A DNA stretch of 13,197 nucleotides from a virus (Duplodnaviria > Heunggongvirae > Uroviricota > Caudoviricetes): the IMG/VR virus record IMGVR_UViG_2703718841_000007. One strand, given 5' to 3'. The notes below the pieces were generated by a model. That model was not told the DNA's origin. It ran no database searches and saw only the letters and a list, made by a program, of their open reading frames with translations. The first letter of the stretch is position 1. Every line of letters begins with the position of its first letter. A program made the translations under genes and the position numbers. Below are positions 6,801 through 13,197 of this stretch, piece after piece.

Positions 6801-7520
6801 ATGTTAATAGTCTCAGTTCTTAAATGTAGTAAAGAGTTTACCCCTAAACACGCCCAATGGCTTCATCGTCAGTTCAAAGATATTCCATCTATATGTTTAA
6901 CCGATGCAGATAATATTCCTGGAGTTAACACAACCCCTTTGCTTTATAACTGGCCGGGATGGTGGTCTAAAATTGAACTATTTAATCCTAATCACCCAGT
7001 CCTTGGAGACCAAGATTTACTCTATTTTGACGTAGATGTTGTGGTCACGGGAGATATTCATATTTTCGAAGGTGCGAAGAAATTTACAATGCTTCGGGAG
7101 TTTAACCATGCCTCAAGAGTAAACTCATCAATAATGATGATTCCGGCGTCGATTAAAAAGACGATTTGGGAACAATTCATTATTGATCCTGAGAAAATTA
7201 TGCGCAATTGTCAGACTGAAGACAAATGGGGTGATCAGGGATTTCTCGGTAGCATCATAAAACCAGCCCTATGGCAGGATATCATTCCTGGCTCAATTGT
7301 TAGTTATAAATGTGACATCGCCACCCCCTCGATGATTGGCTTCAATGCAAATTTAGCCTCTGAGGCTGCGACAGGGAAAGTCCCTGATAATGTGGCGGTT
7401 GTTTGCTTTCATGGCAGTCCACGCCCCTGGCGTACTGGTTTTGATTGGGTTCCTTCGTTTTCCCTGCGGGATACTCTGTACGGTAAATTAAAGAACTTTA
7501 AAATAAGAATGAAGCAATAA
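6801..7520 (+). CDS. GT-A-fold glycosyltransferase-like protein (GT8-like DxD and H-x-G-x-x-[KR]-P-W motifs); accessory/cargo gene
   Basis: LYFDVDVVV (DxD, about residue 75) and CFHGSPRPW (about residue 212) match the two signature motifs of retaining GT8-type transferases (LgtC/WaaJ type), with similar inter-motif spacing. Strong Shine-Dalgarno. AT-rich relative to neighbours (60-nt lines hand-counted: 6841-6900 has 24 G+C, 7141-7200 has 21 G+C). Convergent with the primase gene. Confidence 0.5.
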   Translation: MLIVSVLKCSKEFTPKHAQWLHRQFKDIPSICLTDADNIPGVNTTPLLYNWPGWWSKIELFNPNHPVLGDQDLLYFDVDVVVTGDIHIFEGAKKFTMLREFNHASRVNSSIMMIPASIKKTIWEQFIIDPEKIMRNCQTEDKWGDQGFLGSIIKPALWQDIIPGSIVSYKCDIATPSMIGFNANLASEAATGKVPDNVAVVCFHGSPRPWRTGFDWVPSFSLRDTLYGKLKNFKIRMKQ

Positions 7521-7588
7521 AGATAACGCCCCTATTGCTTCAATGTTCGCTCCTTCCCCTAACAATAAAGTTAGGCACTAGTGAACCG

Positions 7589-10246
7589 TTACTTTTCCCG
7601 GCCAAATATCCAGCAGCGGAATGTTTCCGGCATCCGTTGCATATCCCCTTTACCACGATTATGGCGCTCACTTACCGCGCTGCGCGTGGTGCTTTGTCTG
7701 ATAAACCGGCGCTCATTGCCGTTTTTAAGCAGCTTTTTAATTTCCGTTAACGTGAACGGAATACGCTGCCGGTGTGCTGCGGCGACCTCTTCCATGTGAT
7801 TGAAATTAACCGCGATTTCATTTTCATCTGATGAATGATTGATGCCATAAGGTGCCAGTTCATCCAAGTAATCAAACAGCTCCCAGAACTCCTGCACCAG
7901 AGGATGATCCTTTTTAAGTGCCTGACAACGTTCAACGGCCAGCGCGGTGATGGCTTCACGCGTTTTTTCTATACGTTCAACCGGCACCGGTACAACAAGT
8001 GCAAGCGCCTCCAGCAAGCCCACAAGCTGCGCGTGATTCTTTGCAATACGGATATGGCGAATACTGCTATTAGACTCCAGCTCATTCCTAGCTCGCTCGT
8101 ACCCCCTGCCGAACGTCTGCATGATTTCTTTTTCGCGCATGGTGGCCAGTAATGTGAATCCGGATACCTGGCTAACGGGGAGTTGTTCAAGTCGTTCTGC
8201 AGCGTGGCGCGTCTGAATGGACTGGCCGCGCTTGTCGGTATAGATGTGGATGATACGCTCCAGAAACGCCTTGCTGCCGTCTGTGTCGGCATTTTGCGCT
8301 ATCACAATACTTCCCCTGAACGGCGGCTCATACGTCTCGTTATTGTTCGATTTGATACCCACGGCGCGGGAGGCACGACCGTTATACAGTGATTTCAGCT
8401 CGTCCCAGTCAAAAGCGCGTTGCTTGGCGTTATCGGTAGTACGGTCGCCCTCAATCAGCACAACCGGCAGATTACCGACCTGGGCGAAGTTACGGCCACG
8501 CGCGGCGGCGGTAGATTTAGATGGGTCAAACCCTTCGTATTCCTCACGGCCGGCGAGCTTCCAGAGAAATTCTATCAGCGTGGATTTACCTGTCCCCGGC
8601 TCGCCCACGATTTCCAGAAACGGAAATGACTTGTCACGCTCGCGGATTTGTTCGGCAAACAGCGACCCCAGCCAGAACGCCAGAGCCACATACCCTTTTT
8701 CACCAAATGCCGTCCAGATATCGTCTACCCAACCCGTAGTAAACTCGTTCAGCTTCGGATTCAGATCCAGCGCCGGCGTGAGGCTCAGGCTCTTAACACT
8801 GGCACTGTTGATTTCGAAGTAATCCTCGTCGTTCATCTCATACAGCCGGCCATCGCAAACGGCCACGCGGTTAAACAACCAGGCGGCATAATCCTTGTTA
8901 TAGCCGATGAAATTCTGCGTCTTTACCTCTTTGATTTCAGGGAGGCGCATCTGGATGAACTTATCCAGCTGTTTGGTGCTGCCTGTGTACACCGCCCCTT
9001 TGGCGATGTGCAGCAGACGCTTTTTGAACTCGGCGGAGCTGGTGAGCTGATTAGCCGTGAAAGTATCTTTCACGGCTGGCCGGTTAGGCATACTGACTTT
9101 CACGTAATACCAGGACTCGTCCGTAGGTTCAGACCGCTGAAAGTAAAGCGGCGTCAGCCAGCAGTTAGCTATTTCGGTCACGCCGCCTGACTCTTTAACC
9201 GCCCGTTCTTTGGCCTCCCACTCCATCACCACTTCGGTACCGGTATTGGTGATGCGCTCATAGGCTCGCATATACCTGTCCAGATCCAGCTCAAACCAGT
9301 ACATGCGGGAGTTATGCTCAAAGTAGAACGAGTGCCACTCGTTATGCTGATGCATGAGCAGCGCTTTCTCAGTCGGGCTTTTTGCCAGAAGGAGATCGCC
9401 ATAGTAGCGATAATTTTTAATGTCCGACTTACTGAACCGGTTACGTAACAACAGGTCATTCCAGTCCAGCGATGCCGATGATTTCACCGGCTGCGCGGCA
9501 CGAGTTTTCCATCCTGCAGCATCACTACGGGCAGCGAACGCCAGTGTGTGCTTTGTGCCGGCTTTATCGCCGTCAAACGCCCATACAAGACGTGGACGTG
9601 GTTTTTCACCCAGTTCTTTGGCCAGCGTATCCAGTGCGGCCAGCGGATAGTTGTTACTGCTCAGTGTGGCAACTGCAGGTAACCCTGCCTGGCACAGACT
9701 CAGCGCGTTGAAGATTCCCTCAGTGATCCAGATTTCGTTCACTTCCTGCAGGTTGATAAAGGGAGGAACCCACCAGTGACCGACATAGCTTCCCCTGATG
9801 TTGGCTTTCTGCTTACCGAAGCGCTGCGGCTGGTCAATGATGCGCTCCCATGTTGCACCGCATGACAGCGAAAATCTGACCGTTGCCGACCCCATGCCAT
9901 CTTTCACGAATGCACCCTGGGTAAAACAGCCTTTTAATGGCTCAGTCTCCAGCCCTCTGGCCTCGCGCAGATACGCCTCAGCTACTGCATGGGGGTTATC
10001 TTCTGTGGTCTGGTAACGTTTTGACCAGTCTTCAAAGATATCCGGATACAGCTCTTTCACGACAATCTGATGTGCGCAGTTATTTTCACGGCCACATTTC
10101 AGAATCCAGGGCTTTTCTATGCTGGTAAATAATTCGCGCTTACGACAGGCAGGGCAAACGCCCTGCTGCAAATACTTATCCCGCTCTTTAAATTCAAAGT
10201 CCCGAACAAGACGGCGCACAACGTCCTGTTGTATCGTTTCGTTCAT
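7589..10246 (-). CDS. P4-alpha-type bifunctional DNA primase/helicase (zinc-binding plus TOPRIM primase, P-loop helicase, C-terminal domain)
   Basis: CPACRK...CGRENNC zinc motif; TOPRIM-like ITEGIFNALSL and WAFDGDKAG; Walker A IVGEPGTGKST. One 60-nt line (8461-8520) hand-counted at 38 G+C. The ORF is open from TTG 10282; the first ATG is 10246; neither has a good Shine-Dalgarno. This is not a P2 A-type rolling-circle initiator. Confidence 0.8.
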   Translation of the reverse strand: MNETIQQDVVRRLVRDFEFKERDKYLQQGVCPACRKRELFTSIEKPWILKCGRENNCAHQIVVKELYPDIFEDWSKRYQTTEDNPHAVAEAYLREARGLETEPLKGCFTQGAFVKDGMGSATVRFSLSCGATWERIIDQPQRFGKQKANIRGSYVGHWWVPPFINLQEVNEIWITEGIFNALSLCQAGLPAVATLSSNNYPLAALDTLAKELGEKPRPRLVWAFDGDKAGTKHTLAFAARSDAAGWKTRAAQPVKSSASLDWNDLLLRNRFSKSDIKNYRYYGDLLLAKSPTEKALLMHQHNEWHSFYFEHNSRMYWFELDLDRYMRAYERITNTGTEVVMEWEAKERAVKESGGVTEIANCWLTPLYFQRSEPTDESWYYVKVSMPNRPAVKDTFTANQLTSSAEFKKRLLHIAKGAVYTGSTKQLDKFIQMRLPEIKEVKTQNFIGYNKDYAAWLFNRVAVCDGRLYEMNDEDYFEINSASVKSLSLTPALDLNPKLNEFTTGWVDDIWTAFGEKGYVALAFWLGSLFAEQIRERDKSFPFLEIVGEPGTGKSTLIEFLWKLAGREEYEGFDPSKSTAAARGRNFAQVGNLPVVLIEGDRTTDNAKQRAFDWDELKSLYNGRASRAVGIKSNNNETYEPPFRGSIVIAQNADTDGSKAFLERIIHIYTDKRGQSIQTRHAAERLEQLPVSQVSGFTLLATMREKEIMQTFGRGYERARNELESNSSIRHIRIAKNHAQLVGLLEALALVVPVPVERIEKTREAITALAVERCQALKKDHPLVQEFWELFDYLDELAPYGINHSSDENEIAVNFNHMEEVAAAHRQRIPFTLTEIKKLLKNGNERRFIRQSTTRSAVSERHNRGKGDMQRMPETFRCWIFGREK

Positions 10247-10285
10247 AAATAATCCAGATGTGAAATAATGGGTAAAAGGCAAAAA

Positions 10286-10504
10286 CTATATTCTGTACTG
10301 CTTGTTATATCGCTCATGTGTCATTAGTTCCCAGCTTCTGCCCTTATCCTTACTCAGTAATCGCCAGCGATAAGAAACATAAACAGAGAAATAATGTTTT
10401 GGCTTAATAACCTGATATACCTTTTTGCCGTTGTAATATTCTGTCAGCACTGAAAATGCCTTGTGAATGACACTTTCACTTGCATGAGAGGTCACTGTAA
10501 GCAT
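10286..10504 (-). CDS. Hypothetical protein (72 aa), AT-rich
   Basis: ATG start 2 nt after the exonuclease stop; ends 3 nt before the primase ORF. No family recognised. Lys/Tyr/Arg-rich. Confidence 0.45.
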   Translation of the reverse strand: MLTVTSHASESVIHKAFSVLTEYYNGKKVYQVIKPKHYFSVYVSYRWRLLSKDKGRSWELMTHERYNKQYRI

Positions 10505-10506
10505 CG

Positions 10507-11076
10507 TTATTTCACACTGGCTATTTTTACAAGATACATCCAGACATAAGAAACAACTTTAGCCTGATGAATGGCATCATATAAAGCGTGATGTTTAACA
10601 CCATCAAACTTAATAATATTACGAACATTCAGCCCAAGTGTTTTTGACAGTTCAACAACCGTTCTTACATCACGGTCATTCCAGTAGTACCAAAGTGGAT
10701 CGGCAAACCCGCATTTCTCTGATGCATTACGTAAAATAACATTGTCGAACGCTGCACTATTCCCCCATACCTGTACTTTAGATGGGTCAGAATGCTCAGT
10801 AATAAAAGCTTCCAGATTAGCTAACGTCAGAGGCAAGTCCAGACAATCGTCATTAAGCAGCTCGCTACGCGCTTCGGCATCCTGACGCATCCACCATAAT
10901 ACGGTTTCTGACCCCATAGTGAGACCGTGGCCTACACAGCTGCCCAGGCTGACACGTTGATAAAACTGTTCACCCATTTCGCCAGTTTCAGGGTCAAAGA
11001 ATACAGCACCGATAGAAGCAATCGCAGAAGTCGGTTTATTATCCATTGTTTCAAGGTCAATCATTAAATGTTTCAT
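10507..11076 (-). CDS. DEDDh-type 3'-5' exonuclease (DnaQ/RNase T-like fold)
   Basis: Exo I MIDLET (D-x-E), Exo II WGNSAAFD, Exo III HHALYD (H-x4-D). AAGGA Shine-Dalgarno 8 nt upstream of the ATG. AT-rich (line 10561-10620 hand-counted at 19 G+C). Confidence 0.7.
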   Translation of the reverse strand: MKHLMIDLETMDNKPTSAIASIGAVFFDPETGEMGEQFYQRVSLGSCVGHGLTMGSETVLWWMRQDAEARSELLNDDCLDLPLTLANLEAFITEHSDPSKVQVWGNSAAFDNVILRNASEKCGFADPLWYYWNDRDVRTVVELSKTLGLNVRNIIKFDGVKHHALYDAIHQAKVVSYVWMYLVKIASVK

Positions 11077-11085
11077 ATCGGTTCC

Positions 11086-11421
11086 TTAACGTTGGGAAGC
11101 TGCAACAGATTTAAGATGCGAGTTATTACTTTTTAACGCTGTGGTAGCCAGCGACATAAGACCGGAAATGTTATTTTCAGTTGGTATATTTCCGCCAAAT
11201 ACCATAAGCGTGATTTTGTGCAGTTCTTCAAAATCATCACTATCATTATTAAAGCGAGCAGTGGAGGTTATACCCTCAAGGCATTTTGCAAGCTGAATGT
11301 TTAATTCCATTAACTGCAAGCCATCGCTATGTACAGAGAATGTTTCTTTATCAATGGTTTTTGCCTGAGCGTGATAGTTTTGCAACAGACTACGAATCAG
11401 CGTGGCATATTTAGTCTTCAT
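11086..11421 (-). CDS. Hypothetical protein (about 111 aa), AT-rich
   Basis: The ORF is open from TTG 11433; the ATG at 11421 has a GGGGA Shine-Dalgarno 7 nt upstream. Its stop is 9 nt before the exonuclease start. No family recognised. Confidence 0.45.
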   Translation of the reverse strand: MKTKYATLIRSLLQNYHAQAKTIDKETFSVHSDGLQLMELNIQLAKCLEGITSTARFNNDSDDFEELHKITLMVFGGNIPTENNISGLMSLATTALKSNNSHLKSVAASQR

Positions 11422-11447
11422 GATAATCCCCAATAATATTTAGTTTA

Positions 11448-11729
11448 CTAACGAGCACTTTTATCTTTCGTGAATAAACGGTTCTTCCAGTCATGCCATT
11501 CAGGCGGGGCAATTTGAGCCAAATGAATGGCATAAGCATCCCATTCCCCCCGATGGATATAGATTTCCCCACCTTTTTTTGATGGATTTAGAGGGTCTTT
11601 CATGCGGATTACCGGCAGTTTTCCAGCCGTGGCCATTTTGCGAATTGCAGCAGGCGTTTTGCCTATATATTCGGCAAAAAGCTCAGGGGTCACCAACTCT
11701 GAAAGCGCCTTTTCTGCTGGTTCCTTCAT
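11448..11729 (-). CDS. cox: P2 Cox-like excisionase/switch repressor
   Basis: 93 aa with AGKLPVIRMKDP, corresponding to the KLPVIDM region of P2 Cox as I recall it. It is transcribed divergently from the C-like repressor and is the first gene of the early operon, as in P2. Confidence 0.7.
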   Translation of the reverse strand: MKEPAEKALSELVTPELFAEYIGKTPAAIRKMATAGKLPVIRMKDPLNPSKKGGEIYIHRGEWDAYAIHLAQIAPPEWHDWKNRLFTKDKSAR

Positions 11730-11837
11730 CTGTGGTATCCTTCGTTAGTTTGGGTTCCTAGGGCGCTTTAAGTCGTTCTAGGGTTCTTTTGTCAAGGTTC
11801 TTTTGTAAGAACCAATAATAGTTGCGATACAAGAACC
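11730..11837. promoter_or_regulatory. Immunity-switch intergenic region with operator-like repeats between cox and the C-type repressor
   Basis: Read directly: GGTTCTT at 11782-11788 and 11796-11802; perfect inverted repeat GGTTCTT-TTGT-AAGAACC at 11796-11813; a further AAGAACC at 11831-11837 abutting the C start codon; direct repeat GTTC(C)TAGGG at 11753-11763 and 11775-11783. Confidence 0.6.
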
Positions 11838-12137
11838 ATGTCAAGAAATTATGCGGAGAAACTCCGGCAGATCCGGAAAGCTGAAGGGTTAACTCAAAAA
11901 GATTTTTCAGAGCTTACTGGGGTAGCTCTTGGAACAATAAAAAAGTACGAAACTGGCCATCAGCCAGCTCGTGCAGAAGTCTTAGAAAGTGTTATAGAGG
12001 TACATATGTTTGAAAAATATACACTCTGGTTAATGACAGATAAGACGGCACCAATTGCGGGGCAGGTGTCCCCGTCTCTCTCCCCTGATGGGCAAGACAA
12101 CATAACATCATCCCGTTCCACCCGGAAAATTGGCTAA
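11838..12137 (+). CDS. P2 C-type immunity repressor (small XRE-family HTH protein)
   Basis: 99 aa, the same length as P2 C. HTH LTQKDFSELTGVALGTIKKYETG and the KYTLWLMTDKTAPIAGQVSP segment match my recollection of P2 C (KYTLWFMT...). Lies upstream of and co-directional with int, as in P2. Confidence 0.8.
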   Translation: MSRNYAEKLRQIRKAEGLTQKDFSELTGVALGTIKKYETGHQPARAEVLESVIEVHMFEKYTLWLMTDKTAPIAGQVSPSLSPDGQDNITSSRSTRKIG

Positions 12138-12203
12138 ACATCTGGTTTTTCTATGCGTTAGCGCAAAATTTACATAATGATTCATACATCGGAGGGCTTC
12201 GCT

Positions 12204-12464
12204 ATGTCGATTAAGAAGCTTGATGATGGTCGTTTTGAAGTGGACGTTAGACCGCGCGGAACCTCAGGAAGAAGGATTCGACGCAAATTTGACAGAAAGG
12301 CGGAAGCACAGGCATACGAGCGGTATGTACTGACAAACTTTCACGATAAAGAATGGCAGGATAAACCCGCAGACAGGAGGCTTGTATCCGAGTTAATTTC
12401 TTTATGGTGGAGCTACCATGGAAAGAATCACAACTATGGTGACTCATATAAAAAGCGTTTGGAA
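12204..12464 (+). pseudogene. int: Tyrosine integrase, N-terminal arm-binding domain fragment (frame 3), separated from the catalytic part by a +1 frameshift
   Basis: MSIKKLDDGRFEVDVRPRGTSGRRIRRKFDRKAEAQAYERY is a typical phage integrase N-terminal domain. GGAGGG Shine-Dalgarno 7 nt before the ATG at 12204. The reading frame switches inside the A7 run at 12463-12469. Confidence 0.65.
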
Positions 12465-13197
12465 AAAAATCAACCGAGAAATGGCGGAACCCAGAGTGTA
12501 CGAGCTTACCCGCAACTTTCTGATGAAATATCGTGCAGAACGACTTCATAGTGGAGTATCTGCTGGCACGGTAAACAGGGATTTCTGTTCCATGTCCAGC
12601 ATGTTCAGTTTGCTGATAGATATGGAAGAATTTCATCACGAAAACCCGTTTCGCGCCGTGAAGAAGTTACGTCTGGAAAACACAGAAATGTCATTTCTGT
12701 CCGAAGAAGAGATCCACCATTTGCTGAATGCCCTTACAGGGGATGATCGCAGAGTTGTCGTTCTTTGCCTGAATACAGGAGCACGATGGGGTGAAGCCAG
12801 TAATCTTAAAGCTGAAAACGTGATAAGTAACCGTGTGACCTTTGTTAAGACCAAAACCGGCCCAGCTCGTACTGTTCCGATATCGAAGGAAATCGCGGAC
12901 TACATCCTTACACGCAAATCGGGGAAATTGTTCGATACCAACTATGAGCGAGTTCGCGATGTTCTTCGTAAGATTAAGCCAGACTTGCCGAAAGGTCAGG
13001 CACTGCATGTTTTACGCCATACCTTCGCAACACATTTCATGATCAACGGCGGGAATATCATCACGCTACAGCGTATTTTGGGTCATACAACAATCGAGCA
13101 AACAATGACATATGCTCACTTCGCCCCAGATTATCTGACTGATGCCATACGATTTAACCCTATGCGTGGGAGTGTCCACATAATGTCCACCGACTAG
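12418..13197 (+). CDS. int: Tyrosine integrase, core-binding and catalytic domains (frame 1); C-terminal part of the frameshifted int
   Basis: Catalytic signatures TGARWGEA (box I Arg) and HVLRHTFATHFMINGGNIITLQRILGHTTIEQTMTYAHF (H-x-x-R and Tyr region). The stop codon is the last three bases of the window. The ORF's own ATG at 12418 is internal to the gene. Confidence 0.85.
   Translation: MERITTMVTHIKSVWKKINREMAEPRVYELTRNFLMKYRAERLHSGVSAGTVNRDFCSMSSMFSLLIDMEEFHHENPFRAVKKLRLENTEMSFLSEEEIHHLLNALTGDDRRVVVLCLNTGARWGEASNLKAENVISNRVTFVKTKTGPARTVPISKEIADYILTRKSGKLFDTNYERVRDVLRKIKPDLPKGQALHVLRHTFATHFMINGGNIITLQRILGHTTIEQTMTYAHFAPDYLTDAIRFNPMRGSVHIMSTD

Noticed and set aside
7511-7575. Hairpins between the convergent glycosyltransferase and primase genes (9-bp stem 7511-7519/7533-7541; 6-bp stem 7558-7563/7570-7575)
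   Set aside because: Long or AT-rich loops and no U-tract on either strand; not convincing as intrinsic terminators, so not annotated.
7747-9711. Numerous 60-190-aa ORFs on both strands within the primase-helicase gene (for example 8244-8822 and 8648-9190)
   Set aside because: All are nested within or antisense to the 2.7-kb primase-helicase ORF, which carries zinc-finger, TOPRIM and Walker A motifs; none has independent support.
1-13197. Looked for the P2/P4-type 19-nt cos sequence (recalled as GGCGAGGCGGGGAAAGCAC) and for a tRNA or attachment site
   Set aside because: I did not see the cos 19-mer on either strand by eye, and the intergenic regions are too short or too AT-repetitive for a tRNA. 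The att site is presumably beyond the right edge, since int ends at the last base. This was a visual scan, not an exhaustive search.

Overview
No tools were run; all calls come from reading the sequence and the ORF track, and protein-family assignments rest on recognised motifs and remembered family features, not on a search. The window reads as a compact mosaic of a P2-like temperate element with its integrase at the right edge. From the left: an AT-rich membrane acyltransferase (family 3) gene bracketed by hairpins (1-1360); a non-coding AT-rich stretch packed with TGTGAYG(G) iteron-like repeats (1426-1695); a minus-strand late block of head completion (L-like), a 63-aa ORF, small terminase (M-like) and scaffold (O-like) (1944-4108), with no major capsid gene between O and M. 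A divergent plus-strand block follows: a large-terminase ORF lacking its C-terminal domain, fused out of frame to an N-truncated portal ORF (4252-6332), an Ogr/Delta zinc-finger activator and a strong terminator. Then come a single AT-rich cargo gene for a GT8-like glycosyltransferase (6801-7520); the minus-strand early operon cox, small ORF, DEDDh exonuclease, small ORF and P4-alpha-type primase-helicase (7589-11729); an operator-rich switch region; a P2 C-type repressor; and a tyrosine integrase split by a +1 frameshift in an A7 run (12204-13197). I saw no rRNA, tRNA, CRISPR array, capsid, tail or lysis genes. The most interesting points are that the element is satellite-sized and keeps only regulatory, replication and capsid-assembly/packaging-specificity functions, the glycosyltransferase cargo gene at the position of the P2 variable locus, the uncharacterised genes inside the early operon, and the iteron array.
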